Source: Eledone cirrhosa
Lineage: Eukaryota
Length of the DNA stretch: 64,000 nt
Direction of reading: 5' to 3'
NCBI GenBank assembly: GCA_964016885.1
Contig: OZ024741.1
Span: 141,422,001 to 141,486,000 of the forward strand
Part shown: in pieces, positions 29,651 through 45,594 of the stretch
How the letters are laid out: each line of letters starts with the position of its first letter
Numbering within the stretch: the stretch's first letter is position 1
The notes under the pieces: model-generated
Database searches by the model: none
The model's input: only the letters and a program-made list of their open reading frames with translations
What the model was told of the DNA's origin: nothing
Program-made: the position numbers and the translations under genes

Positions 29651-31039
29651 AAAGAGAAATCATCAGGAATGTCAGATAGAGTTGGTCAGTTCTGGTTATT
29701 TATAGATGTCTCAATTGATAGTTGGGGTGATGGTGGTGGTGGTGGTGTGGTCTATCTAATAATATAGTATCTAGTTGTGGTGGATAGGAAAGATGGATGA
29801 GGAAAATATAAAGGTCTCTTGATAAATGAGGAGTGAGATAAGAGCGAAGAAGGTCAAGAAAAAGAAGACGAACCAGAAAAGAAGAAATAAAGAGAAGCAG
29901 GGAAAGAATGCTATTGGGAAGTAATCAGGGAGGGGAAGAGAGGGTACGCAGGGTATATTTGTTGCAATAATGTTTAAGGCAGAGGGAAGGATGGGAGGCA
30001 ATTCTAAAGTGTACGTCAATGTACGTCAATGAGCCACGGCCTTTCTATATATATATAGAGAGAGAAATGCTGTGGCTCATATATATATATATAACAATTA
30101 CCTGATGAGGTCTCGAACGAAGGAAAGAAATCTTGACTATGGCACCATGGAAAATACCAATGAGACATTTCTAACATGTAAAACTAGACATTACACAGAT
30201 CTTAGGCCTATTAATATACATATTTTGCAGTAGTAAAATTCTATACGTTCTTTTTGTTATTATTATAATCTTAGCCACATTAATAATGTTGATGCTGGGG
30301 TTTGCAGCAACAAATGCAACTACAAAATTAGAGTAAATAGTTGAAAGGAAGAGAAAAAAACAAACTTCTTAACAGAGAACAATGGAATTAATACCTTAAG
30401 ACATTTTGTCGAACTCTGTATATACTGGAATCTGTTCTAACGTTGCCGAAGCAGGGCCACCTATCGTTGAAACTGATCAGCTGTTGTGTTGTTGTCTTTG
30501 TTGTGGTGTGTATACTGTGAAATAATATATATACTTTTGGTCATGTCTATTTCAATGTTCAATGCTCTTGTTATCATATTTTGAAAGATTTAGTAATGTA
30601 ACTAACTCTCCCCTTACTAAAAGAGATCAGAGGTACTACACACATTCAATTCATTTGTTATACGAAGTTTTGGTTTTTATGATTTCTAGGAAATTTTGTT
30701 CGTTCTCTTCCTTTCTAACCCACTCAGCACATGGTGTAGCTTGATAGCTGTTCAGTCGGAGTGCCACAACTGAGCCGGTGGGGGGAGGGGTAAGAGAGAA
30801 AAAAAGTATCAAACTTAATCATTGACTTTGCTTTTCAATCAAGCATTGCACACTAATAATTTATTTATTCATTTATTTATTATTTATTTATTTATTCAAT
30901 TTTTTTCATTTTTTTTTTGTCTCTGTCTCCACTCCCTTTATATTTTACTTTTCTTACCCCCCCCCCCCCAAAGGGAAAAAAGTTTTTCTCTTGCAGTTTT
31001 TTCGCCTTTTCCTTTTTTCTCGTTTACTATCAATGCTAC

Positions 31040-31345
31040 CTTTTTAAATTCCTTCCACAAGAAGTGAATGAGTAAACGTTCCAGTGCAGTCACACGTAGA
31101 CCAGGTGGTAGTAGATAACGGACGCGATGGACACGTTGAACACTTCTGCACAACCTTTCAAGAATAGCTTCACATTGCCCGCTTTCTGGGTGAGAGAGGC
31201 CAACCTGCTCGTTATCACGTCCCAGTTTTTGTCCATCTGGAAGTCCAAACCACATCCCCAGCAATTTACCCGGTTCGACCGTCCAGCGCCCAACACCGCT
31301 GTTGAACGGCAAGGACATTTCTCCAGATGCCCAGCTGCAGGCTCA
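31040..31345 (-). mobile_element. Tx1/L1-like LINE ORF2 fragment (post-RT region)
   Basis: Across frames: KLLGMWFG, DKNWD, LFLKGCAEVFNVSIASVIYY, LERLLIHFLWK. Confidence 0.55.
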
Positions 31346-31497
31346 CCGACGTTTCCCGGTTACTTTTTGCTCCTGTTACCGCTTTGTACTCATCGTCGGC
31401 ATATGTTGACACCGACTCCGACATCCTCTTCACGCGAAACGCCCCTCAACGTCTCCAGTTTTTGTAGTAATAATAAAGATAATATATATATATATAT

Positions 31498-31658
31498 CAG
31501 AATGGAGGCGGTAAAAATCAGTTAGACCATTACTCACCAGACTACTCGATATTTGGGGTAGTAGAGTGGGCAATATGAAAAGTTCGGGACCCCGACGGCT
31601 TAGCTCCGGTCGATTCAACAGCTAGATTCGAACGGAGTTCGAATTAGGGTCCCGAATT

Positions 31659-31666
<8 letters not shown>
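31498..31666. mobile_element. Family a short fold-back copy
   Basis: Arms atatgaaaagttcgggaccc (31573) / gggtcccgaatttttcatat (31647); tail similar to 7043-7120. Confidence 0.7.
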
Positions 31667-31691
<25 letters not shown>

Positions 31692-31694
<3 letters not shown>

Positions 31695-31882
31695 GAGTGA
31701 GGTTTTTTTACAAAATGAAAAAAAAAACGAGGTGTCCTACACGAGTGAAAGTATAAGGAAAAAAGATGAAATCGAAAATGCAACTGGAGTTTTTTTTTTT
31801 AATATATTTATTTGGTTCCTTTACCGGTTTCGCAGTTCTTGTGCTTTTCAAAAGTAGAATTGAGATTGAGTGTTTGTGGTTT
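31692..31882 (-). mobile_element. Short TA-flanked repeat with a degenerate HHR-like motif
   Basis: Reverse complement of 48488-48698; related to 47380-47500. Minus strand tTTGAAAAgca..tgcGAAAccggTAaag. Confidence 0.6.
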
Positions 31883-31896
31883 ATATATATATATAG

Positions 31897-32098
31897 GACT
31901 AAACAAATTTTAGCCTGCTAGTGAGGTTGAGAACCCTCTAAGAAATGGAAAAAGATGAGTATTTATGCTCATCATTTTCCATTTCTTAGAAGGTTCTAAA
32001 CCCCACTAGCAGGCTAACATTTCTTTAGTCAATAAATACGGCGCAAGCTTGTATTTATATTTCTAATTTCAAACTCGCTCGCTGTTTCAAAACATTCT
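31897..32098. mobile_element. Fold-back element with right tail
   Basis: Arms about 31897-31961 / 31967-32030; TA tracts on both sides. Confidence 0.72.
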
Positions 32099-32172
32099 TA
32101 TATATATATATATAATAGAGAGAAAGAAAGAGACAGAGAGAGATATTATATATATATATACACACATATATA

Positions 32173-32267
<95 letters not shown>

Positions 32268-33887
32268 ATATTATGAATTTATTAAATATATGATTGCACA
32301 GTGAACTATGAATGCACACCATATAGACTGACCAGTTTCTGTGAGTCATATTTTATATATACTGTAAATCACTATAATCCGCTAACCTCACTGTGAATAA
32401 TTTAAACTATAGTAATAATGCATATAAGAGTAACTATGCAGTAAGTGCAATTGTTATATGATGCACTCAGAACTCTTAATTCCCACGCTAAAAGAAAAGA
32501 ATTTAGCTTCAGTATGATAAAATTATAGGCTACGAATTGACAGCGACGTTAGAACATCGGATAAAATGCTCGCTGTTGTTGTTCCGACTATCTACCTCCA
32601 CTGGGTTCTAAATCCGCCAATGACAACTTTACCTTCCATCATTTCAAGGTTGAGAAAAAAGTTTCAGTAAACTACGAAGGTCTATTTTCTTTCTTTCTAT
32701 CTAGGTCTCTCTCTATATATATATATATATATTTCTGCCTCTTTTTGTCTCTCTATCTAATAAGACCTCTCTCTCTCTCTCTCTCTCAGTTAATTATATT
32801 ACATAATCAACTCGTCTTTAGGTAGTCATATTGAAAAGTGGTTTTCATGTGAAAAGCTGAACATGGAGGCTGGTTATGAAAGATACAAGCTAAGCATGAT
32901 TAAACATGTAGTAAATGCCTATTTCGAGGTAGAAAATATATGTGAGTGTGTGTGGTAGGGTATATTTATTATGAAAATAGTCTATGTTGGGCAACTAAGC
33001 GCCTAGGCGAATAAAAGGTGGATAGCATCATTCGTGGGAATCGAACTTACACCGGAAGTATATTGTGTGACTATGGTATTATTACACCCCAGTGAGACCG
33101 ACTATTTCCCCGTTAATTTAAGCTATATCAATCAGTCTTGATATTTCACTCATATCTTATTATTTCCTATTCTTCTGTCTTGACAGATAAACATTATTTT
33201 TTTTTTAACATAATTCAAAAAAATCAATATGAAGGCGTATATTTTAGATTGTATTGAACTGCATCGATTTCATACGATCGGAAACACATGCTGATTTTTA
33301 TCTTAGGGGAATATAATGAGTTAGTAACATCATGTTAAAGGTACTACTAACCATTTCTTTCTGCTTTTAAAAACATATGACGTCAAGCATAGACATCTTT
33401 CGTAATTCACATATATTAGTAAATTATATGATAATTTATATAACGCGGTGGGTTGATAGTATCGGTGAGCGTCAGAAAACATGTTTTGCAGCATAGAATT
33501 ATGTCCATTTTACGTTATGAGTGGAAACCCCGCCGAGGTTAGCTTTGCCTTTCATCCTTACGAGGCACCAGTAATGCACTGGAGTAATTGCTGCTCTTGT
33601 GAACATATATTAATTTATATAATAATTGTTTCTAATTTTGGATATGATCGATTAAATAGATATGATCGATTAAATAGATATGATCGATTAAATAAAGATT
33701 ATGCTCCATCATGGCCACAGTCTAATAAGTGAAACCAGTAAATAATCAAGGAGTATGAGAACAATACACTAAAATGTATTACAACATGAATTGGATGTCT
33801 ATTCATTAGATTAGAAACGTATACGAAACACATAGAATAGATTTAGATAACAACCTACTTCCAAATAACAATTTAAATACTAATTAA

Positions 33888-34003
33888 TTGTTTCTACTAT
33901 TGGCACAAGGCCAGCAATTACCCAGTACATTACTGGTACTTTATTTTATCGACCCCGTAAGGATGAAAGACAAAGTTAACCTTGGCGGGATTTGAACTCA
34001 GAC
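33888..34003 (-). mobile_element. SINE family 1, truncated
   Basis: tggtactttattttatcgaccccgtaaggatgaaag..gggatttgaactcaga. Confidence 0.75.
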
Positions 34004-34053
34004 CATCAAATCCCGCCAAGCTTCATATACGTTATTCTCAAGCTTCATATACG

Positions 34054-34184
<131 letters not shown>

Positions 34185-34330
34185 CATAAATATATATATA
34201 TATAAATATATATAAATATATATATACATAAATATATATATATATAAATATATATAAATATATATATATATATATACACATATATATATATATGAAAAAG
34301 AACACAAGAGCGTCTACAACATCAAAAGAG

Positions 34331-34392
34331 TTTTATTGGCTAACAATGTTTCTTCCTTACGTGTAACCGTAGGATTCATCAGAGCTATAAAA
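34331..34392 (-). ncRNA. Type I hammerhead ribozyme (left arm)
   Basis: Reverse complement of 37339-37400. Confidence 0.72.
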
Positions 34393-37338
34393 GGGGTTTG
34401 ATTGGTGTTATGGACTCTACCAACCAAACACCCAAGAACAAAGAGTAAAGAGAGTAAAGAGCAAAAGTAGGGGACGAAAAGTCTAATTTTGGTGCGGGGG
34501 GTGGGGTGTTGGTCCTTGTTTACTAGCTGCGGTCATATTCATTCCCGGGGGTCGGGTGGTTAGCTGAACCATAGATGGGGTGGCGTGGATAGTATGGTGC
34601 AGAGGGTGCGCAGAGGCTACACAAACACAAAGGGCGTAGAATACATATATACATATAGCGGAGGAGAAGGTACATGAGGTAATTAGAAATGGAAAAAGAG
34701 TAATAATAATAATCTATAATTAATAGTGTATAATAAGGCATGGGGAAGATTACACTATAATAAGGTATAAAGGTAAGAATAAGGTAAAATATAAAGGAGG
34801 ATAAAAGTGGAAATAATAATAAAGATAAAAAATATATAGAGAATATATAAGGAAATATAAGCGAATATTTGGAGGGGAAAACACAATGTAAAAAAACCGC
34901 TTTTTTTCAAACAATAATAAAAAATAATAAAAATATAATAATTATGGGGGGAGAAACAGGATAGAGAAATATGATCAAGTGTGATTCGTTGTGAGAATAT
35001 AGGATGATAACAGTTGTGTCCAGTTTATACATCTTAATAATAAATAATAAACAATATGTGTATCAGAGTTGCAGAACCTTCAATTCACTTACGGGTTCAA
35101 GCCACGTGGCATGGTCCATTGTTTATCTGTGCTGTCATGTGCGTTTGTTTTTGACACCACAGCAGATACACAAGTTTGTAAATTCCAATGCAGATAGAAG
35201 TCAATTTTTGCTCACCCGGACATTGACCGAGGATCCAATATTCCTAGTTCAATATGTGTTTGGTGTTATTTTGTTCGCACAAATCAATCAATTGGTTCAA
35301 TATATGGAGTATGGTTTCCTGGTCTTCGTGACAGTGTCAGTGGTTGTATATTTGGAAGTCACAAGGATCACAGTACTCCGGTTTGGTGTGATACCGAAAC
35401 GTTGAACTTTGGTGTCGATAGGACATCAACGAAGCAGGGTGATATCGCATCTGTGGTACAAAATGGTGCGGAAGGAAATTCTTCGTCTTCGTTTCATCCG
35501 GGTCCAGTAGTCACGTGCAAGAACCGCTACGTAGTAATTGTGGGGTTAATCAGTCAAGTCAGCAACTGACCGAAAATTCAGGCAGGCATAACAGCTTTTT
35601 TATGTGTGTACGTGTGTCCGACACACACACACATATATCTATATGTATTTCAACCCAAAAAACTCAAATGATTCACCCAGTGGTACTACAATCGGTCAAG
35701 AGAGTAACTGGCCGACAGTTCCCTTAGGGATTCAGACAGGCATGACAGGTATATTTAGGTCAAGAGCCTCCTTATGTGTTCGTGTGTTCGATACACACAG
35801 ACACATATCCACATGTATTTCAACTCAAAACATTTCAGTTGATTCCCCCATTGATATCATATCTGTGCTATTTCAACTCAAAAAATGTTTCAGTTGATTC
35901 CTCCATTGATATCATATCTGTGCTGTTTGGATATGCATGCTGTGGTGTTCTGGTTGTGCATATCATTCACTGTATTTTGCCACTACATTGGAATGTGATG
36001 TTATGGTCATCAATAGTCCGGCAAGCGCATTTCGCTCTTATATTGCGAAGAATGGTGTTCTGGTCCTCAGTAAACATCCAGGTCAGCAGGAGGGGTGGTG
36101 GTTCTCAGTTTCAACTTCGGGAATCCATATGTGTTACTCTGCATATCGTGCTCCTCTCAGAGAAGAGTATTATAGGGGGAATTCATGCCACACAGCACAC
36201 ATAGAGAGAATTTCTACAGAAGAGTATACATACATATATACATACATACATTATACACTTACACATAGCCACTCATACGCATACATACATATATTCACAT
36301 ACATGTCACACATACACATACACACAATATAATACGCATGCATACAATATACACATACACACACACACATGCATATACATATATATACACATACATATAT
36401 ATACATACATATACACACAATATACTTACATACAATGCACGCACACATGCGTGCATGCATGCACACACGCACGCACACCCACACATATGTCTGCGTGTGC
36501 GTGCGTGTGAGAGATAAAAGGAGAATACACACACACACACACACACACGCAAGAGCACCAACCTTGTAGGAGACTGCACCACCCTTACGGTACCTATCTA
36601 TCTAGGTTACGGGTTGGGGGGAATGGGGGGGACTATAGTCTAGGTGGGTGTTGCGTGATATATGTTACGTCTATGTGCTAGGTTTAAAATAGAAGAAGGA
36701 ACTCAGGATTTTGTGTTGGCATGAGGAGAAAATTTCCGATATCCTGTTAAGTAGGTTCAGTTTAGAGTGTATTATGGCATGGCATTCCAGTAAACACAGG
36801 ACACAACTTCCGCTCTGCGGTCGGTATGGATCTAGTAAGCTTCCTCCAAAAAAGTTTGTATGGGGTACTATTATTTTTTAAGAAGGAGATGTATCCCGCC
36901 AGTGAGGTGGCATTCTTATGTCTGTCGTGTCTAAATGTGTACATATGCGCGTTAAATCTAGTTTTAAATGTATTGGACGTTGCTCCTATATATGTTTTGG
37001 TAGAGTTGTGTGTGGTTACGTCACATGCATATACTATGTTTTTCGTGAGGCAATCCCCCCTTAGGGGACAGTTACTACTCCGCCTACAATTGCAACTGCG
37101 GGTTCGATTAGTTAGCTTACCTCACGAAGTTTGGTTACTCGCATTATCACTAGGTGCCTCTATATCATTAGATGGCTCATTGATGCTATTATGTTGCCTA
37201 TTTTCTAGTGCAGTCGGTTGCTGGTGGTTAACTGCCATTTTAATTGCTTCGAATCCCTCCTTAGTTTTCCTAATGTTCGTACGTGCTAGGTGTTCTTGGG
37301 TGTTTGGTTGGTAGAGTCCATAACACCAATCAAACCCC

Positions 37339-37400
37339 TTTTATAGCTCTGATGAATCCTACGGTTACACGTAAGGAAGAAACATTGTTAGCCAATAAAA
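37339..37400 (+). ncRNA. Type I hammerhead ribozyme (right arm)
   Basis: ttttatagct CTGATGA a-tcctacg..cgtaagga-a GAAA cattg TT agccaataaaa. Confidence 0.72.
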
Positions 37401-37541
37401 ATCTTTTGATGTTGTAGACGCTCTTGTGTTCTTTTTCATATATACGGCTCTGCTCCAAAGCATAGAGCTAATTATTATGCTGCCAATACCTTAACGGGAC
37501 ACGGGTATATAATACCTAACTCCTACTAACCTAAGTATTTC

Positions 37542-37611
<70 letters not shown>

Positions 37612-37637
37612 ATATTTATATATATTTATATATATAT

Positions 37638-37685
<48 letters not shown>

Positions 37686-37691
<6 letters not shown>

Positions 37692-38348
37692 ATACTTGGG
37701 GAGGGTCATATTTGTGTGATAATATTGCCAGAATTAATAACAGAACACACTCACTGTTTGGTTGGTTTTCGCTTCTGTGTCTTTTATATCTGACCTAAGA
37801 GAAGTATAAATAAATAAATAAATACATACACAAGCACAATAACAACAAACACATATAAACATACACTAGTAAACTAAGATAGAATACAATAACCAATACA
37901 CAGTCACCCAAACACGAACACACATCAAACAAAACACTATACACACACGCAAATGCATGCGCAGAGAAGACTAAAAAATAAACAAATAAATAAATAAACA
38001 GAGAAGACTAAATAAAGATGGCGTAGGCATACAATGCAACGGGAGGAAACATAATAGCTCCACTGACGATGTTGCAGATGTGCAACGAAAGAACTTTGTT
38101 AGACTATATATATGTGTTTGTGTCTATATTGTATCTGTATTTTTGACCGTTGGTCAGTCAATAGTAACATTGAGGTCCGAATAAATTAAATTAACCGACA
38201 TAAAAGACGCAGAAGCGAAAACCAACCAAACAGTGAGTGTGTTCTGTTATTAATTCTGGCAATATTATCATACAAATATGACCCTCCCCAAGTATAACAA
38301 TATTTGTTTCGACACACGATTTCATATCAAAACCGTCGCAAAACTAAT
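37686..38348 (+). mobile_element. Non-coding family A derivative (3' UTR only) with inverted arm and right tail
   Basis: Left arm 37686-37790 is the reverse complement of about 38197-38301; same tail as 10063-10105. Confidence 0.88.
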
Positions 38349-38392
38349 ATATATATATATATTAGAGGCTTCCAAACGACTTAAAGATATTT

Positions 38393-39261
<869 letters not shown>

Positions 39262-39282
39262 TACATATATATATATATATAT

Positions 39283-41400
39283 GTTAAAAAAACAGATTAA
39301 AGTTTAAGCAAAGAATCGGTGATTTCACCCTTAGCGGGATCTTTAAAAAACACAATCTGTGAAGGCAGAAGTAAATATTTCGAAAAACGTTGCAACCGAA
39401 GGAAAACAGTAAGACGATACTTTGCTACGTGGAGACGTTCCCTGGTAATGAACGGAAAAAAGGCGAAGATAAAACGTCGTTATGTGGTGCGTGAGAACAA
39501 TTACACGCAAAGACAAAACCACGTTTATGGTATAAGTGAAGTCGTAGACTAATATTCTATTTGGGAAACTGTATGATTCTCGGCTTCAGAGTGAAGAATA
39601 ATGTAAATAAATTAGTAGAACGAAAATGACAGAGGTTATTGAAATCAACAATAATTAAATATATACATACACGCATCCATATACGTACATACACATGTAT
39701 ACGCGAAAACACCTGCCATGGTATGCAAATACAAGAACGTACACATAAACACACGCACACATACAAAAACCGCGCGACACCTGTACCCGCACACCTACGA
39801 ACGTATACACCAAATACACATAAAAATATATATATGTGTGTGTGCGTGTATACACATAATTATATAAACGTATATAAATATACAGACATAAATACGGATA
39901 TAACGCACGCACACACATACCTACAGGTAAATACACATATGTTCACTAAACGTACGTCAACCAAAACACAAAGTACACATATACGCACCTTACATATGTG
40001 CAAACCCGCATACACACACAAACTCAAAATACACATATACACATAACCATATACACATGTACCAGTATATATAATATAATATATACACCTATGACAAATA
40101 CAAGCAAATATACGTACGAGAAAGTATACGTACCTTCACAAAACATACGGGTAATGTATACTTACCTATACAAATAAGTAATGGTATAAACATAAAATAT
40201 ACTTAGCTACCACATCAAGACGTAAATTATCCGCGTATTGTTCGTACTATCCGTTAGGGTATAATGTGGGGCTGTAATACAGCAAATGTTATGCAATTTA
40301 TGTTTACAAGCCGAATTTGCCTCAGATGTTTTGTTTAAGATGTGGTCATTGACGTGGAGTATTTCCAGGGCTTCAGCGGCGCAAAGATCGCATGGTCTTT
40401 TATTTCCGTTATACGATCTAGCCTTAGCTAGGATCGCCCTATATTGCATGCGGTTGTCTTTTAGAGTCCAGATATAAGCTGAAAGTGACGTTATTTTCCT
40501 TCTTAAAGGGTTAAAAAAGAATGGATGTGCATATAAAGACTCTGCTTGAATCTATTGGCGGTTAACCCTATGTAGGCCCTGTGGGACGTGGGTGTTTCGA
40601 CTTTACATTTGTAGACAATGTTACTGGAGATGCATTTCTCGGATAGGGGGCAGTCAACCCGATTCCTACAATTACAGTTAGTACTAGCTACAGGGTTGCA
40701 CGTGTTCCTACGGCTAGGTAATTTAGCTAAATTTGAAGCTGTGATGTTATTTGCAAGGTTAGGAGTCGTAGAGTAAGACATTTTAATGGTATTTCTATTA
40801 AAAATGTTATTATATTTATGAGCTGAGGGGAAATGCTTCTAAATAAGGGACAGAAAGATCTTAGCTAAAGGTGTGGCCACCTCCATATTATATGGTGGGT
40901 TATACCATATAATGCGCCGGGATCTAATTTTCCTTGGTCTATGCTCATACCTAGTATATGCTACCTTATCGAAATTCCACTCCAAGCAAGAGCTTCATTG
41001 TAATATGTGGAATGGTCGGTGAAAATATGCTCGTTTGTAGATAGACGCGAAAGCCTCAAAGAAACGTTTCTTACCAGGTTCTTGGTTATGCTGGCAGGAT
41101 GGTTATAATGCTTACTTGTGTAATTAAGCGTATCATTGGGCTTTCTATACGGGTAGTGCAAGCCATTCGACAGATTGAGGGTAACGTCGAGGTAATTAAC
41201 GACCGAGAGGTTGAAGCCTCTAAAGAAGGCTGTGAGTTCTTTTCTGAACCTGTCGCAAGCGCGTGAATCGCACTTTGTCATGGTCTAAAGACCATCATCA
41301 CAGTACAAAACACCGCCCACATTGGGGAATTCTTCCTTGATAGAGAAAAGAACGAAAAGGCTGATAAGATCAGTAGGCTCCGCGGAATCGCTGGCGCCCA
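39283..41400 (-). mobile_element. PLE family C-type copy (RT, GIY-YIG and 3' UTR), decayed
   Basis: GASDSAEPTDLI, LYCDDGL, VNYLDVTLNL, PYRKPND, HPASI, IIWYNPP, CNCRNRVDCPL, NIVYKC, AYIGLT, CDLCAAE. Confidence 0.88.
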
Positions 41401-41423
41401 GAATTTCATATAGTCATTTCTAT

Positions 41424-41461
<38 letters not shown>

Positions 41462-41499
41462 ATAGAAATGACTATACGAAATAGTATTGTAGGTATTAT

Positions 41500-43196
41500 T
41501 AACTAATAATAATACCTACAATACTATTAATAAAGAAGCTAAAGAACTAGCTAGTTCTTTAAAAATAGACAACCGGATTGAAAGCCTAGCTAAGCGTAAA
41601 GTATGTATTACCCTTAAAGACCATAAATTAGACGTTTCTAATCGACCTAGTTGTAGACTGATTAACCCGGCTAAATCCGAAGTTGGCCTTGCAAGTAAAA
41701 AAATCTTAAGAAAAATAATTCTCCAAATTAGAACTAAGACTGACCTATCACAATGGTTAAATACATCCGCTGTTATTTCTTGGTTTAATAATATACAAGG
41801 TAAAAATAAGTGTAGATTTACCCAATTTGATATTGTTGATTTTTACCCCTCTATTACTGTTTCCTTATTAACTAATGCCTTAGAGTTTGCAAGACCCTTC
41901 ATCAATATTTCTAAATTAGAAGACATTATCTTTCATGCTAGAAAAACTTTACTCTTTACTAATGAAAGTATTTGGGTTAAAAAGTCAAACCCTGAAAACT
42001 CTTTTGATGTTGCAATGGGTTCATATGACAGTGCGGATGTGTGTGACTTAGTAGGATTATTCCTTCTCCACACCCTCAAAGAGAAATTTCCTTTCCATAT
42101 GATGACGGATTGGCAGTTTCTCATACCACCAACGGCCATAACCTTGATAAATTCCGTAAAGATTTAATCAATACTTTTGCTAATCTTAACCTTAAAATTA
42201 CTATAGATACGAACCTTACCAATGCTAACTTTCTTGACATTAATCTTTATCTACTTACCGCCTCTTTTAAACCTTATCATAAACCTAATGAAAATTTTAG
42301 ATATATACACAAAGAGTCTTGCCATCCCCCTATAGTTTTTAAAAATCTTATTCCCAACATTAGCCGTAGGATTTCTACCTTATCTTCGTCTCTAGACATT
42401 TTTAATAAAGCCGCCCCTTATTATAATAAAGCCCTTAATAACAGCGGTTTTACAGAACAAATTTATTATTTACCTACTCCCCCCCCCCCCCCCCTAAAAC
42501 TAACCATATTAACAGGAAAAGGAAAATTATTTGGTTTACACCCACCTTCTCTCTAACTGTCAAAACTAATATAGGAAGGAAATTCCTTGACCTCTTAGAT
42601 AAACATTTTCCTCCTAATCATAGATATTATAAGATATTTAATAGACATGTAGTTAAGATCAGTTACTCTTGTTGCCCATCAATGAAGTCTAAGGTCACTA
42701 ATTCAAATCGTACGAGAACAAATCCAGGATGCAGTTGCAGGAAGCCGGATGAATGCCCATTAGAGGGAAAATGTAACACCAAATCTGTTGTTCATGAGGC
42801 CAAAGTGACACCTTTAATCAACAACCAGCCAGGAGTGAGCGATATGTTGGCATGACCCAGGACAGGTTTAAAACCAGGTTTTATGCACATGTCGCTTCTT
42901 TTAAGCACTCCGATAAACGAACAGCAACGGCCCTCGCAAGTAAGCTGTGGGAATTCAAGGATAAAAACATCCCGTACTCTATCGATTGGTCTATTTTAGA
43001 CCATTCGAAGGAGTACCAAAGGGGCACAAAGAATTGTTCTTTGTGTACCACAGAAAAATATAGGATTTTGCTAAACTTGAGAGCCACTTCTGCTTGCCTG
43101 AACTCAAAGACCGAGATCTTCAGATGTTGTCCTCATCTGAAATCACATCTGATCTGTAACTGGATTGACATTCCTATGATAACTCAACCACCTTGA
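41500..43196 (+). pseudogene. PLE RT plus GIY-YIG, frameshifted
   Basis: ITLKDHK, CRLINPAKSEVG, FDIVDFYPSI, MGSYDSADVCDLVG, DDGL, NFLDINL, PYHKPN, CHPP, FKTRFYAHVASF, TALASKLW, CSLCTTEK. Confidence 0.9.
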
Positions 43197-43861
43197 ACGC
43201 CTTCTCTGGTCTTTACTTCCACTACGGTTTTTTTACCTGCTGAATCCACGTTCTGTACTCTCGTATTCTCTTTGTCCCTTATCTCCACTTATATTTAAAC
43301 CTTTTCCTATGTCATTTATTTCCCCCTTTTCACCCCCACACCCCCTACTTTCTGCCTTACTCTTCACATACCAATTTTTTTAATTTTTTTATATATTTTT
43401 TTTTGTGTGTTGCGTATATGTATGTATATGTGTATATATGTATATATATATATATATATATATGTATATTTATATGTGTATGTATATGTGTGCATATGTA
43501 TATGTGTATGTATATATGTGTGTGTATATATGTTTATATCTATCTGTATGTATATGTATATGTATATGTATATATAATTGTATATTATATATTTCTGTTA
43601 TTTTAATAAATATATATATATATATATATGTATATGTGTATGTATGTATGTGTGTATATATAGATTTAATGTGTGTGTATGGGCGTGTGTATATTTGTGC
43701 GTGTATATGTATTTTTTATATAATGGTTTTGTGTGTATATATATAATAGCCTCAGAAACGGCTTGAGCTCTGCCGTGTGTGTATATACATATATATACGT
43801 AATTGTATGTGTGTGTGTATTTCTGTGGTTGTGATTTTGTGTGTGTGTATGTATATATATG

Positions 43862-43924
<63 letters not shown>

Positions 43925-44159
43925 GTATGTATATGCATAATTACATACAGTGATTTAATGCTTATTTTCATTGATCTTTTGCTCCCAGACATGTTGAGTG
44001 CTCTAAATCTACTATAAACATTTATACCATTTTCTAAATATAATTTATTTATTTATTATTTGTCGTATTCCCAACTTTTTATTTTCATTTTTATTTTTAT
44101 TTTTATTTTTATTTTTATTTTTATTTTTATTTTTATTTTTATTTTTATTTTTATTTTTA

Positions 44160-44190
<31 letters not shown>

Positions 44191-44985
44191 TTTATTTATT
44201 TTTTATTTATTTTTTTATTTTTATTTTTATTTTTTTTTTTATTTTTATATATACAATATTTAGGTTTTTTATATATATAATATTTATATTCTTTCTCATA
44301 TATATAATTATATGTTTGTGTGTATGTATGTATGCATACGTATGTGTATGTATATGTGTGTGTATGTATACATATGTATACATATGTATACATATGTATA
44401 CATGACCCCTTAGCCTTTGTCAAGGCAGAATTCTAGGAGAAGGAAAACTCTGATATAACACCTGCAACCCTGATGGTATCCAATGATGTTGACTTGTTCT
44501 TCTTTTTGGTAAATATCATCTTGGTTAAGAGAGTGGGACTGGCTTTGTGCAGTGCCTTTGCTCACTATAAAAGCTTCACGGCACAGGCATTGCTTTATAT
44601 CTGGAGATCTCTCTGCACTTGTCGTCACATGGTACCATGGGCCCAGCACTATGTGCCAATAATTGTCACAAGTATAGTGTTTGTACCATAGTTTTCAAGT
44701 CGCTGGGTGGACTAAAAAGTCACACTCGTTCAGCACATCGGTAGGGGTTCTCCTACATGGATATAAAGTAGTGGCCGTACTCGAAAACGAGTTGGCAGCC
44801 ACCATATATATATGTATATGTATATATGTGTATGTATATATATATATATATTTTAGAGTTAAACAAGGTTCATATGAATTATCTAAGAATGAGTTTTACA
44901 CACATATATGTGTGTGTTTGTATTTGTATGTATGTGTTTGTGATATGTATGTATATGTATGTGTATGTATGTATGAATATGTATG

Positions 44986-45023
<38 letters not shown>

Positions 45024-45184
45024 AATGCATGTACACATACATACGTAAAAATAAATACATACACACACTATCACACATACACATACATATACAAATACAT
45101 AAACACATACATACGCATACACATATACATACACACACACACACACACACACACATACATATACACACACACAAACACACACAA

Positions 45185-45223
<39 letters not shown>

Positions 45224-45563
45224 ATAGTGTGTGTATGTATTAATTTTTACGTATGTATGTGTACGTGCATTTGTGTGTATTGTTCACCACGTGTGTTTGT
45301 TCATTTATTTGTTGCCTGTATCGCTGTCAACACTATAATAATCTTTATATTCATTTTTATTTTTTTATTATTGTATATTTTTTATTATATTTATTCGTGT
45401 GTGTGAGTATGTAGGTGTGTGTATATATGTCTATATTTGTGCATGCGTATGTATGCGTGTATATATGTGTGTATGTATGTGTATGTATGTACGTGTGTAT
45501 ATACGTATGATTGTGTGTATGTATGTATGTGTATGTATATATGTATGTATATGTATGTGTATG

Positions 45564-45594
<31 letters not shown>

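Larger units (their letters stand above)
34292..37541 (-). mobile_element. PLE family C-type: GIY-YIG remnant, long 3' UTR and inverted terminal arms
   Basis: 34292-34440 is the reverse complement of 37291-37440; right tail to 37541. Minus 36700-37290 gives CSCNCRRSSNCPL, FRHDRHKNATSLAGYISFLK..PYKLFW. Confidence 0.85.

Noticed and set aside
30095-30175. CTGATGA followed by a gtctc/gagac stem
   Set aside because: No correctly placed GAAA or NUH triplet.
44404-44800. Complex insert in the PLE 3' UTR, perhaps an RTE remnant
   Set aside because: No convincing motif was recognised.
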